The notes below the pieces were generated by a model that did not search any database, was not told where the DNA came from, and saw only the letters and a list, made by a program, of their open reading frames with translations. The translations under genes were made by a program, and so were the position numbers. This document shows, in pieces, positions 24,201-35,846 of a stretch of 64,000 bases of DNA; position 1 is the first letter of the stretch; the number at the start of each line of letters is the position of its first letter. The stretch is taken from positions 26,164,001 to 26,228,000 of the forward strand of contig OX597824.1 in NCBI GenBank assembly GCA_951406725.2, read 5' to 3'. Source of the DNA: Octopus vulgaris (taxonomy: Eukaryota).

Positions 24201-27200
24201 ACAAAGGGATTAAGTCGATTACATTGACCCCAGTGTGAAACTGGTACTTTATTTATCGACCCCGAAAGGATGAAAGGCAAAGTCGACCTCGGCGGAATTT
24301 GAACTCAGAATGTAACGACAGACGAAATAGCGCTAAGCATTTCGCCCAGCGCACTGACATGTCTGCCAGCTCGCCGCCTTTTCCTCTATATATATATATA
24401 CCCCTGGAATTCAATGCTTAGCAGCATTTTGCTTGTCAATACATTCAAAATTGAAATTCCATCTTGCCTTTCATCTTTTGTTGGGGGTCAATGTAATTGA
24501 CTGGTCCCTTCTTTTGCAATTTCAGGACTTGTACCTATAGTAGTAAGGATTAAATGCAATGTTTGTACGCAAATTTGTGAAGCGTTCCATATTTTTTTTT
24601 CTAGCAGTTGTGCCCCAGCATGGCCGCGGCCTTTGGGCTAAAACATTTTAAAGGATTTAAAAAGCAGAAACTTACTGTACAAGTGGGAATCCCAGAGTCT
24701 TCAGTTGCAACTCGTATACCATTGGCCAAAGTTGTCACTTGAGTTTCAGGTACATTCAACAGTGTTTGTTCGTAAGTGGCAGCTTTTGCTGATCGCCATC
24801 GTCTGCTGATGCTAAGGGGTACCTTCAAAGGAAAACAAAAACATTAAGAAAAATTACAATCAGCGCGAAGTACTTTGCGACATTATCATCATTTCAACGT
24901 TAACTTTACTGTGCTTGCATGGGTCAGATGGAGTTGGTTCAAGCAATTTTATTATGGCCAGATACTTTTCCCGGCACTATCCCTTACTGTTTCCAAGCAA
25001 GGTAATATTCACCCATGGCCATGTTTCTGTAGAATACTGAAAACGAATAACACTACTTGTATGACAGTGACACCTACTTACAACTGTGAAGTGATATCAA
25101 GTCAAGGAGACATACAAATACATACATACACACACATATACACTTCTTTCAGTTTCTTATTTCTTTATTGCCCACAAGGGGTTAAACATAAAGGGGATAA
25201 AGAAGGACAGACAAACGGATTAAGTCAATTACATCGACTCCAGTGTGAAACTGATACTTAATTTATTGATCCTGAGAGGATGAAAGGCAAAGTCGACCTC
25301 GGCAGAATTTGAACTCAGAGTGCAGCGGCGGATGAAATACCTATTTCTTTACTACCCACATTTGTCTGTCCTTGTTTGTCCTCTCTGTGTGTAGCCCCTT
25401 GTGGGCAGTAAAGAAATAAGAAGCACCGTCAGCACAACCATTTTAATTCTATTTTCACATGGAATACCATTCAGATATTTAGGATATGGATGGTGCTCCA
25501 CAAAGACATCCTGGAGTACATCCTAAAGAACATTTAACTGACAGGCCTTCATGGTCAGTTCAATACATTCCAATCATTGGCACTCAGACCAGGCGTTTCC
25601 ACATTTTGCTTTTTCTATTGCCTTCCCTAAAACAGATGGTGGCATACCACTGACCTAATTGCCTCCTTTAGTGAGTCTCATCTTGCAGGCTTTTTCCATC
25701 TTTGGAATTCAATCTCCATTCACACATTTCTGAGTGATCAACCAAGCCAGGATTAAGGACCTGCAAAGGTCATGAGCACTGCCTTTTCTATTCTGAAAAA
25801 CTAATAAAGCTTATTTCAGAGTGAACTAGTGAAGCTGTACAGCATAGTGATTAGGGTGTTGCACTCATGATCGTAAGAATGTGGTTTCGATTCCTGGTCC
25901 AGGCGATGTGTTGTGTTCTTGAATCAAACACTTCATTTCATGTTGCTCCAGTCTGCACAGCTGTAAATGAGTTGCAGCCTGTTCAGTGGAGACCACTGTA
26001 GTCTCAGTCATGTGTATGCCACGGAAATTGGGTTAAACTCAAACCTTAAAAATCCTAGGCTCATGATAGACATAGAGTGGATAAGGAAATGAACAATAAA
26101 AGGATCAGTTGGATATTACAGATGGGGAAAGTGTATTCTTTTATCTTTTACTTGTTTTAATCATTGGATTACGGCCATGTTGGGGCACCGCCTCTAAGGG
26201 TTTAGTTGAACAAATCAACCCCCAGCAGTCTTTTACTAAACAGCTAAGTTACAGGGTGTAAACAAACCAACACATTGTTAAGTGTGGTGGGAGACAAACA
26301 CATGCACACACACACATGGTGGGTTTCCACAGAGTTTCCTTCAACCAAAATCACTCAGAAGGCATTGGGTTGCACAAAGCTATACTACAAGACACTTGCT
26401 CAAGATGCGATGTAGAGGGATTGAACTTGAAACCATATTTAGCTTCTTAGTCATGCCTGAACCTCTATTGGAATACAGTTCTGAGGTGATTTCCTACAAC
26501 TGTTAACTCAAGAAGCGAAAATCACAACTAATTCTGTGTTGACATTGTTGGAGGTCAGCTTTACACTTTCCATACTATTAATATAGTGAAAGATCTGTTT
26601 TACTTTCACAGTGTCGGCATAACTACACAGGTGCCACTTTAGTGTGAGGTCTACAGCCCATTTACACTTTAGCATACCGAGACCTCTGAGATATACTGTG
26701 ACTGCGAAGACCCGACAAATGAAGTAAGTTCATGGCTTGCAGGACAGCCTGCTGTGCTAACCTTCGATCGTAGAGTGATCCACTGTGCTTGAGGAGACCC
26801 ATTGAGTCAAGTACATCAACATCTAAATAAGCATCAAATGGAAATTGTAGTTATGATACTCGTGCCAGTGGCATGTAAAAAGCACCATCCGAACGTGGCT
26901 GATGCCAGCGCTGCCTGACTGGCGTCCGTGTCGGTGACACGTAAAAAGCACCAACCGATTGTGGTCATTTGCCAGCCTTCTCTGGCCCCTGTGCTGGTGG
27001 CATGTAAAAAGCATCCACTACACTCACGGAGCGGTTGGCGTCAGGAAGGGTATCCAGCTGTAGAAACACTGCCAGATCAGACTGGAGCCTGGCGTACCCT
27101 TTGGCTTCCCAGACCCCGGTTGAACCATCCAACCCATGATAGCATGGAAAACGGACGTTAAACGATGATGATTCACCTTAACCCTGATCAGGTCATTTCA

Positions 27201-28172
27201 CAGCATAGGCTATGTATACTGTGGTAGACTGCATATCTATTTCATAGTATTATTCACCTGAAGTAGCTAGAGGTCAGGTTCACCTTCTAACTTAGAATAT
27301 TTCAGCATTACACTGATGTAGAGTATTAAACTAATCAGATATCAATCCCACATTCAAATACATGTAGCCATAAGTTTGGTGACAATGAATCTATCATTTG
27401 TTCCATTTACAAAGTGCGTGGCGGTGATTCTTTTTCCTTCTGAAACTAAACCATAGTGATTTAATTAACTGGCACTCCATTGGTTATAATGACGAGGGTC
27501 CCAGTTGATCTGATCAGTGGAATAGCCTGCTCATGAAATTAACATACAAGTGGCTGAGCACGTTCTCAGGGAGATTCAGGATAGCACACTGGATGTGACA
27601 AGGGTGGCCTTTTGAATAATGGGTATAACTCACTTTTGTCAGTCGAGTGGACTGGAGCAATGTGACAGTGTCTTACTGAAGGACACAATGTGTTGCCTGA
27701 AATCAAACTCATGACCATACAATTATGAACCGAATACTATAGCCAGTAAACCACAAGCCTTCACTAAACCCTTGTGATAAACGAGGAAAGATGTATTTTG
27801 CTAAAACGACAAGAAGTTAGCTTCACAATAAGAGCTTGATGCAATGTCACAGGAGGAGTTTTAGGTTTGTTTATATTTGAAGACGAGTGAGAAATGTATT
27901 TGGTCAGGCTTTTCTTGAAAATAGCAGAGTCACAATATGACTCGGTTGAAGCAGGAAATTGAAACCTGGGTGCAGTTAGACATCTGGGGATACGAAAACT
28001 ACAGATGGACAGATAGATAACTGGTCAACATTTCGAGTTTAAATCAATTTATTTTAAAATATAGATAAGGCAAATCGAACTGCAGACCGAAATCTGTAAA
28101 CGCCCCACCCACTCTAATGCGTAGACATGAACAGAAATTGATAAGAAAAATGAAAAAATTATACACACGCGT

Positions 28173-28222
<50 letters not shown>

Positions 28223-28373
28223 TGGTGGAATCAGTCTCTTGCTACGCTTGTAGGTGCGCCGGGTTTTATGCACCGGCAGTAGTGGTAGTAAGAGACTGAT
28301 TCAACCAGAATAAAATATATTGATAATCTCTATTATTGAATGCTCATTCTTGTGAGAGTCAACACTAAAAGGT

Positions 28374-28404
<31 letters not shown>

Positions 28405-29238
28405 ATATGTGTGTGTGTCTGTAAGAAAATAGTGACGCTCACAAATGCTGAGATGATTCTCTAATAATAAAGCACACACTTATACAACAGAAATATTAAC
28501 ATTTCTTTCAAATACTTTGATTATTAACTCAATTATTAATATTTAAACTCGATCACAATCGATGCGAACAATGATAGAACACACTCGTCCGTCTCTTCTT
28601 TGAAAAGAAGATGACATTTAAAAATAAAACTTCTCAAGGTTAAATAATACACAAGACTCTTTTGACCAATTTTTAATGAACATAATTATAAACATTAGGA
28701 ACATTCTAGTATTTCTTGTAATTAATTATTCTCCTACGTTCAGATAAACAATATGTATTGGATCATTATATATATATATATGTATACTTTTTATAATTTT
28801 GTGAAAAGTAAACAAAGAATATTTGACGGTAGGTCATTCATTTTGGGATTGCATTGGAGTAACAAACTGGAAAGGTTCCAGATAATTAGAAGTTTAAGCT
28901 CGAAGCTTTTGATAATTAAATAAGGTCATTTAAAAATTAGAAGAATAGTAATAACCAATTACATATGATACGATATATGATTGATATATATATATATATA
29001 TACATATATACACACATGCACAAGGTGTCCTTTACGGTCGGAAGTATAATAATAATAATATTCGAAGCGATGACCTCGGCATGAGGTTGTCTAAAATTCG
29101 CTCGAATAATGTTGGTGTTGATGAATGATAAAACACGATAGCTTCCAAATAATAATAAGAGAACTATACCTGAGAACGAGCGTGTGCCTGTCTGGTGAGG
29201 AGAGACAAGGAGAACTGTAAGAGGCGTTTGGTAGCCAT
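5412..29238 (-). CDS. PMPCB: Mitochondrial-processing peptidase subunit beta (M16B metallopeptidase; MPP-beta / complex III core-1-like), 12 coding exons, 481 aa
   Basis: Spliced by hand from exons 29170-29238, 24676-24822, 21990-22206, 20160-20251, 18879-18985, 17547-17626, 14414-14526, 11223-11527, 10959-11075, 8194-8251, 6701-6776, 5412-5476. Total 1446 nt, ATG to TAA, all introns GT..AG with matching phases. The protein has an Arg-rich, acid-free N-terminal presequence, [13 protein letters not shown] (HxxEH), [45 protein letters not shown] and C-terminal [18 protein letters not shown]. Confidence 0.96.
5581..5867 (+). mobile_element. tRNA-derived SINE family D
   Basis: Head TGGCCTAGTGGTTAGAGC..GGTTCGAATC and shared body AAACACCTAAGCTCCACG..GCTCCGGCAG. 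Other copies at 9359-9635(+), 29496-29852(+), 38370-38702(-), 44655-45043(-). Confidence 0.8.
6701..6776 (-). CDS. PMPCB: PMPCB exon 11
   Basis: Acceptor ctacag|GCT; [25 protein letters not shown](G); donor G|gtgagt. Confidence 0.95.
8194..8251 (-). CDS. PMPCB: PMPCB exon 10
   Basis: Acceptor tttcag|G; [19 protein letters not shown]; donor GAT|gtaagt. Confidence 0.95.
8408..8743 (-). mobile_element. Non-autonomous Helitron
   Basis: On the minus strand it starts TCTTTATATATAAAA and ends GCAACGCCAGGCAATACTGCTAG, inserted between A and T. It shares its 3' part with 23098-23754. Confidence 0.75.
10959..11075 (-). CDS. PMPCB: PMPCB exon 9
   Basis: Acceptor tcacag|G; [38 protein letters not shown](R); donor AG|gtcagt. 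Confidence 0.95.
11223..11527 (-). CDS. PMPCB: PMPCB exon 8
   Basis: Acceptor tcgcag|ATT; [22 protein letters not shown]...[20 protein letters not shown]...IQNE(W); donor TG|gtaagt. Confidence 0.96.
12596..12817. mobile_element. Tc1/mariner-type MITE
   Basis: Inverted termini CGAGGGGGTGCTGAAAAGTTCCTGGCTTT / AAAGCCAGGAACTTTCAGCACCTCCTCA. Confidence 0.7.
13175..13688. mobile_element. Penelope-like (pseudo-LTR-derived) non-autonomous element with inverted ends and an internal hammerhead motif
   Basis: About 115-bp inverted ends (13175-13291 vs 13572-13688), a partial direct restart of the left end at 13529-13570, and flanks aaacgtaaat/aaatgtaaat (9/10). Confidence 0.65.
13340..13385 (-). ncRNA. 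Hammerhead ribozyme-like motif (type I, minimal)
   Basis: Minus strand reads CACACG-CCGAUGA-c-GGGU-ccaau-ACCC-a-GAAA-CUCGAG-UC-CGUGUG: 6-bp stem I, palindromic helix III, GUC site. Core has a U4C variant. Confidence 0.7.
14414..14526 (-). CDS. PMPCB: PMPCB exon 7
   Basis: Acceptor ttacag|GT; [37 protein letters not shown]; donor GAT|gtaggt. Confidence 0.92.
14680..14714 (-). ncRNA. Minimal hammerhead-like motif in a (TA)n-abutting repeat (about 14588-14768)
   Basis: Minus strand reads GUUU-CCGACGA-a-GAG-cucca-CUC-GAAA-CG-UU-AAAC. A homologous copy lies at 35581-35615(+). Confidence 0.5.
15920..16390 (+). mobile_element. Degraded RTE-clade LINE ORF fragment
   Basis: Translation [39 protein letters not shown]-like..ILHGS resembles the post-RT region of RTE elements. 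Confidence 0.75.
17547..17626 (-). CDS. PMPCB: PMPCB exon 6
   Basis: Acceptor ctgaag|G; [26 protein letters not shown](G); donor G|gtaagt. Confidence 0.95.
17830..18436 (+). mobile_element. RTE-clade LINE C-terminus plus 3' UTR
   Basis: [31 protein letters not shown] matches the RTE pattern WFGHVxRM..GRPRKxW. A family-C end and GATGAT tail follow. Confidence 0.8.
18879..18985 (-). CDS. PMPCB: PMPCB exon 5
   Basis: Acceptor ttttag|GAA; [35 protein letters not shown](K); donor AA|gtaagc. Confidence 0.95.
19230..19843. mobile_element. hAT (Charlie-like) MITE
   Basis: TIR TAGTGTTTCTCAA/TTGAGAAACACTA with 8-bp flanks ctctacag/ctcttcag (7/8). Confidence 0.8.
19483..19701. mobile_element. Mariner-type MITE nested in the hAT MITE
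   Basis: TIR TTGGGTTGTCCGGAAAGTTTGTG / CACAAACTTTCCGGATAAGCCAA, flanked by TA. Confidence 0.8.
20160..20251 (-). CDS. PMPCB: PMPCB exon 4
   Basis: Acceptor ttacag|CT; (A)[30 protein letters not shown]; donor CAG|gtcagt. Confidence 0.95.
20681..21009 (+). mobile_element. tRNA-derived SINE family E (CORE-like central block)
   Basis: Head TGGCTCAGTGGTTAGAGCG..GAGTTCGAATCC, then TTCTTGAGTAAGACACTTTATTTCACG. Other copies at 6993-7323(-) and 40640-40975(-); variants at 25830-26050, 27470-27765, 53612-53915. Confidence 0.8.
21625..21963 (+). mobile_element. (TAA)n-embedded retroelement 3' fragment (family F)
   Basis: Homologous to 43361-43810 and 43827-44387 (both minus). All share the 3' end CTCTCTCACTC followed by (AAT)n and differ in 5' truncation. 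Confidence 0.75.
21990..22206 (-). CDS. PMPCB: PMPCB exon 3 (zinc-binding HFLEH)
   Basis: Acceptor ctcaag|GTT; [36 protein letters not shown]...[10 protein letters not shown]; donor CAAG|gttatt, phase 1. Confidence 0.95.
23098..23754 (+). mobile_element. Non-autonomous Helitron
   Basis: Starts a|TCTATATACT; ends with hairpin CCCG-AGCAACGC-CGGG then CGATACTGCTAG|t. Confidence 0.75.
24151..24379 (-). mobile_element. tRNA-derived SINE family B (L1/Tx1-like tail)
   Basis: Minus strand head GGCGGCGAGCTGGCAGA..GAGTTCAAATTCC, core GCCTTTCATCCTTTCGGGGTCGATAAA..AGTACCAG, tail TTTAGCCCCTTGTGGGCAAT(A/G)AAGAAAT. Other copies at 14770-14937, 17160-17374, 21045-21582 (three in tandem, other tails), 25160-25420, 48843-49072. 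Confidence 0.85.
24676..24822 (-). CDS. PMPCB: PMPCB exon 2
   Basis: Acceptor tttgaag|GTA, donor ACA|gtaagt; encodes [49 protein letters not shown]. Confidence 0.93.
29170..29238 (-). CDS. PMPCB: PMPCB exon 1 ([23 protein letters not shown]; mitochondrial targeting peptide)
   Basis: ATG at 29238, 69 nt, donor CAG|gtatag, phase 0 fits exon 2. The peptide is basic and acid-free. Assignment rests on context because presequences are poorly conserved. Confidence 0.8.
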
Positions 29239-29263
29239 GTTTGTAAGAGAGACGAGGTCTTCC

Positions 29264-29272
29264 ACCGGAAGT
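29264..29272 (+). promoter_or_regulatory. ETS/GABP (NRF-2)-type motif ACCGGAAGT near the PMPCB start
   Basis: Exact ACCGGAAGT about 26 nt upstream of the ATG, in a locally CpG-containing segment. GABP sites are common in promoters of nuclear-encoded mitochondrial genes. Confidence 0.45.
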
Positions 29273-31019
29273 AGTATTTACGTATGAAGCAGCGAAGAGA
29301 TACGGATGGAGTTAATCGATTTGCTTGATATAGCAACCAAATCTTTTTCGAAACACAACCGTATTTTCTTTAGAAAAAAAAAAAGAAAAAAAAAAAAAAG
29401 GTGTATGTAGTTTAAGAAATATCTATGGTGTCAATCGACCTGTTAGATATAGCAACCAAATCTTCCTTTAGCTACACCGTACAGTTCAAGAAAGTGGAGG
29501 CGCAATGGCCCAGTGGTTAGGGCAGCGGACTCGCGGTTTCGATTCCCAGACTGGGCGTTGTGAGTGTTTATTGAGCGAAAACACCTAAAGCTCCACGAGG
29601 CTCCGGCAGGGGATGGTGGTGATCCCTGCTGTACTCTTTCGCCACAACTGTCTCTCACTCTTTCTTCCTGTTTCTGTTGTACCTGTATTTCAAAGGGCCG
29701 GCCTTGTCACTCTCTGAATATCCCCGAGAACTACGTTAAGGGTACACGTGTCTGTGGTGTGCTCAGCCACTTACACGTTAATTTCACGAGCAGGCTGTTC
29801 CGTTGGTCGGATCAACCGGAACCCTCATCGTCGTAACCGACGGAGTGCTTCCACAGTTCAAGAAAAAAAAAGACAAAAAACAAAATGACACGCTGAAGAA
29901 TGTTGGGATCTTCTCCTTTTGAACGGCAGTTTGTAACATAATTTCTAGGTAACTAAAAAATTTAAAACTTCGTATACTGGTAGAATGTGTTTAAAAAACA
30001 TCATTTTCTCTTGGTTTTATTGAGAAAATTCTATAGTTTATAAGATATTTCGTCTGAAAATCCGAGCATTTCGGCAATTTTAACCAATCGATTACCTCCA
30101 TTGAACTAAAATCATTTGCTGCGTCTAAAATTGAGACAACATCCTGTCACTAACCCTCAATCTAACCCTAACCCTAATTTTTTTTCTTAATTGTTAAATT
30201 AATTTAATTGTTACGCGTGTAAAAAAAAAAAAAAAACGAAAGCAATGGAAAATGATTTAAACATGCCTAGAAAATTTCATTAAAAAATACCAATTCTTCG
30301 GAAAATTATGGGGGAAACTCTGGTATGAATTATCCGAAACACAAGAAAAAAAAAAAAATCTGCAACAAATCCCGATATAATCGAAATCCTCACCATCTGA
30401 AAGTTATCTGTCGAAAATTTCATAAAAAAATATTTATTTTTCTGAAAGCTATGAGATAACAAAGTCGGGTAGCACATTTGTGTAGCTATATCACTAGCCA
30501 TGTCCCTTTGCATATTGCTTCTATCGTTGACCAACTCTACTATGTTAATCACTAGCGGCTATTCACCTTTGAGAAGTTCGTCGAAAAAATGTATTTACTA
30601 TCAGCAAAGCTATTGACTGTCAAGCAGGGAAATCAGTCATTCATACATGCTATCGTCTCTTACGACATCCGTTCTTTCACATCTTATACTATTTACAGTG
30701 GTAAATTTCCTACAAGGGAAGTAACTCATAAATAACTAATTTGGAGTTGCTTCCCCTGCTATATCGTCCCGAATGCCGGTTGTGACGATTCATTCGTAAG
30801 CATCTCGAAAGCGGTCTTTTTTCTCGCTGCATAGAAATTTTGGATGTGTTGAGATAAAAACCTTTACCATTGGAATATATGGCTACAGAGGGCTGAATGC
30901 TGTTAGTACTTTCGAACTCTTAGATAAGCCTCTGAACACCAACCAATCTCCCTTCAGGTGGACTTTACGTTACAAAAAAAATAACATTAACACCTGTCTG
31001 AACAACAACGATGACGTAC

Positions 31020-31520
31020 GTACTACATACATACATACATACATGCCTGCATGCATACATACATACATACATACACACATACACACACACGTACATACAT
31101 ACATACATACATACATACACACAAACATACATACATATATATATACATACATACATAATACATGCCTGCATGCATACACACATACACACACACATACATA
31201 CATACATACATATACACAAACATTAATACACACATACATGCATACATACATACATACATGCACACATACACACATACATGCATACATACATACACACACA
31301 CATACACACAAACATACATACATATATATATATACATACATACATACATACATGCCTGCATGCATACATACATACACACACACATACACACATACATACA
31401 TACATATACACAAACATTAATACACACATACATGCATACATACATACATACATGCACACATACACACATACATGCATACATACATACATACACACACACA
31501 TACACACAAACATACATACA
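31020..31520. repeat. Compound (CATA)n/(CA)n satellite with an internal repeat of about 190 bp
   Basis: Landmarks CATGCCTGCATG and CAAACATTAATAC recur about 190 bp apart (31161 vs 31351). Confidence 0.85.
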
Positions 31521-32837
31521 TTCCTCCATCGCCCTAGGACTTTTATCTGTAAAAAAAATAATAATTACAGATGAGAACATAAAAGATACATCTGTACATC
31601 ACTGGATTATAATGGCAAAAACACTTGTACGGCACGAGTACCAGTCTCTAAGCTTCGTTGATTATTTGCTGGTGACAGGCCTAAGCCACATCATCAGTAA
31701 TCGCACCAACCGCAGGTTTTATTTCAAGTTTCCCTCTAGCAACAGCTTGGAGTCCTTCACTCCCAGTGGATTTTCTTTTCTTTTCTTTTTTAAAAAAGGT
31801 AAAAGGTATGTAATTTAAAAATATAAATAAAATAGGTTTTGAATATAAATAATACACACACACATGTATGTATGTATGTATGTATGTATGTATGTATGTA
31901 TGTATGTATGTATGTATATATGTATATATATATATATACGAAAGAAGGTTTGAAAATGCAATTTAAAAAAAATGTTTATTTACTTTACCGGTTTCACTCT
32001 TTGGAAAAAAGATTGTCAAAAGTAACATGTAGAAGTTTGGTTGCGTTAATTATTGGTTGATACAAATTGCTACATTACATATATACAGTCTTTGGTAACA
32101 GGGACATGTTAAGGACATAAAAAAGTTTAACAAGTTCCTTAAAATATTGGGCACAAAAGATTACTACATAAATAATTATTCTCAAGAATATGTTTGAGAT
32201 AGTTTCCAGAAGGAATTATTAAAAAGTTCAGTGGGATATTGGTATTGGTATTGTATCTGTATATTCAAACACGCACAGAATATTGGTTGACACAGAGTAC
32301 TACAATCCATATATATACACATTCTTTGGTGACAAGAGCATGTTGTGAACATAAAAAAGTTTAACAAGTTCATTGAAATATTGGGCACAAAAGATTACAA
32401 CAAATATATTATATATTCTCAAGATAATTTCCAGAAGGAATTATTAAAAAGTTCAGTGGAATATTGGCATACACGCACAGAATATTATGAGTTCAAAAAG
32501 GTTTACATTATAATAGTAGGGAAGCTAAAACTGACTTGTCCACCATGTTAACGTAAAAGAATTATTATCTATTTCAAGGGACACTGTAGGTGTGTTTGGG
32601 TGGGGGAAAGGAGGAGCAATGTGGAACTGAAAAGAATTTATTCTTTTTGTCTCTCCTTCAAGCATCAATGATTTGGGGGATTGGCTTTAGAGGTCAGGAT
32701 GGGGTGAGTGTGTGTGTATATACATATGTGGTGTGAATAGATGTGTCTGTGTGTTTGTAAAATATGGTAGGATGGTGTGTGTATATGTGTGCCCGTTTGT
32801 CAACCGCGTGTGTGGTTGTCTTGGTGTTGTGTATGCG

Positions 32838-32868
<31 letters not shown>

Positions 32869-33072
32869 GTGTGGATGGTATTTGGCATGGTGCTGCGTGT
32901 GTATATGTGTGTCTGTATGGAGGTCAGAATGGTGTGAGTGTGTGTGTCTTTGTGTGTGTGTATATATATGTATATACACACACACACATATATATATATT
33001 GTTGTTGGCATCCTTTTTGTCTCGGTAGACAATGGTGTTGGGCACAAAATAATCTAGTTTGATTTTTACATT

Positions 33073-33220
33073 TCATGTCCTAATACATTTCCTGCTGTGG
33101 CTGTGTAGTCCTATCCTGGACAAACACTCCCTCTGGCAGGTGCCGCAAATGTAGCGAAAACTTTTCCTGGCTGGTTGTAGTGTCATAGTTTCTTGTTGAC
33201 GTCTTTTCTTGTCTTTCCAT
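33073..33220 (-). mobile_element. RTE (BovB-like) C-terminal zinc-finger fragment
   Basis: Translation YICGTCQRECLSRIGLHSHSRKC matches the CxxC..SRIGLxSH C-terminus of RTE elements. Confidence 0.7.
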
Positions 33221-33221
33221 T

Positions 33222-33252
<31 letters not shown>

Positions 33253-33369
33253 GTATGTATATATATATATATATAGTTCGTAATTGTATTTGGTTTGCAA
33301 GTTTATTGATGACGTCTTTTCTTGTCTTTCCATTTATATATATGTATGTATGTATATATATATATATAT

Positions 33370-34890
33370 ATATACCCACACACTCGCATGCATCCCTACC
33401 CACATACATACACGCACACCTACTCACACACACACATACACACACACACACATACCCGCACACACACACATACATACATACACACACATACCTACTTCAG
33501 ACATACACACACAGACATACACCCATACACTCACACTCACACGCATACACGCACACACATACACACGCACACGTACACATACACACACACACACACCTAC
33601 ATACATACATTACACTTGTACACACACACACTTACATTCATACACACACACACCTACACAGCCATACCCTCACTCAGACACACACACCTACCTACACACA
33701 CACACAAACACACACAGACACACACCCATACATACATACATCTACACACACACGCCTACACACATACATACACACATACATAAACACACACACATACACA
33801 TACACACACATACGCACACACACATATACTTATACACATGCACACACACACACACATACATACATACACCCATACACATACACACACACATACCTACATA
33901 CTCCTATACGCACATACATACACACAGACATACACACATACACACTCACACAAACATACACACACACATACTTACACACACACTCGCCTGCACGCGCACA
34001 CACATGCATGACAAACACCCATACACTCACACTCACATACGCACACACCAACATAAACACGCACACACACACCTACACTCCCACACACATACATACGCAC
34101 CTACATACACACAATCACGCATACACACGCACACACACGCATACACACATACATTACATACGTACACACACACCTACATACACACATACATGCACACACA
34201 CAAACATGCACGGACACACCCAGACATACATACATACACCTATACACACACGCCCACACACCTTCATACACACACATACACGGACACACCCATACATACT
34301 TACATACATACACCTATACACACACGCCTACACACCTACATACACACACACACATACACACATGCATACATGCATGCATGCATATACGCACATACATATA
34401 TACCCACACACATGCACACACACACACACATACGCACATGCATGCATGCACACGCGCACACCTACACGCATACATGCATACACACACACACACGCACGTA
34501 CACATACATACATACACACACACATACATACACCCATACACATACATGCATCCTACACACACATACATACACACTCACACATACACACTCACACACACAC
34601 TCACTCACACACCTGTATGTACACGCACACACATGCACATACACACACTTCCACACACCCACACGTACATACACACACACGGACATACACATACACACAC
34701 ACACACGGACATACATCTATGCAGACACATATATACACACATACTCACATACTTTCATCGGACACACTGACACCCAGACATACACACAGACACACTCACA
34801 CATCCACACACATACATACTTACGCACACACTCGCAGGCGCGCGCACACACGCGCTTGCGCGGGTTCGCGCACGCATACGCGTATGCATG
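33370..34890. repeat. Long degenerate (CA)/(CATA) low-complexity tract
   Basis: About 1.5 kb made almost entirely of CA, TA and CG dinucleotides. It is the source of the spurious His/Thr-rich ORFs. Confidence 0.9.
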
Positions 34891-35705
34891 CACCTCGCTC
34901 TTGGACCCGACGAGACCTCCCGCTCGTTCCTGGGACCGTCTCCTGTCCTTGGGTTCTCCCACGCCCGTCTCCGCGGAACCACTCTTCCATCTTCCCCTCA
35001 GCTGGAGTCCTTCTTCCTTATAAACCCCCCCTTTTTTGTTACACACACGCGCACACATACATACACCCACTCACACACACACATTGCTTAAATATATACA
35101 TTACTCTTACACACACTCAAATCTACTCGCCATTAATACAACCACGACACTGGACACACACACACACTACTACTCAACACACGCTGGCACGTTACATACG
35201 CCCCCCCCCTCCCCCCCCTTCCCCCCTCCTCCTTCCTTCATTTTCTTACTACTGACCACTGTCTGCTGCCTACTACTGTTCGCCCTACCTCACACGCCTA
35301 CACACAGACGCACACACTAACATATACATATATTTTTTGCTTTTTTATCTCGCCTCACACACACATACACACACGCACACGCACACACTCACACATACAC
35401 TCACATCTGTTGCGTTACCAACCCTGTCTCCACTCTTTTGGCTTTAAAACCTACTTTGCTCTTGTTATCGTAAACTTCCGCCTTTCACCATGTGTACTTC
35501 GTAAACACCAGTCGTTTTTTTTTTCTCCATCTCTTGTTGCCCACTTTGGGATCTTTCTTTCCTCTCTCTTCCTTCTTTATGTTTCCGACGAAGAGCTCCG
35601 CTCGAAACGTCATACCTTCCTGCTTCCATGTTTCCTGCGCGCCTATTAATAATAATACTGTAATTGTTCCACGTGTTGTTGTTTTTTTGTTTTCCCGTTT
35701 GGATT

Positions 35706-35747
<42 letters not shown>

Positions 35748-35807
35748 CGTAATTGTATTTGGTTTGCAAGATTATTGATGACGTCTTTTCTTGTCTTTCC
35801 ATTTATA

Positions 35808-35846
<39 letters not shown>

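Noticed and set aside
30280-30960. Apparently unique sequence upstream of PMPCB as a possible divergent gene, with an inverted GGGAAGTAACTC pair at about 30716-30755
   Set aside because: No recognisable protein or exon chain. The motif also occurs in the Helitron copies, so it is probably repeat-derived.
33243-35255. 670-aa and 579-aa His/Thr/Tyr-rich ORFs, and the many YI/CV/HT-repeat ORFs elsewhere
   Set aside because: They are translations of stop-free (CA)n/(TA)n microsatellites, with no domain or splice structure.
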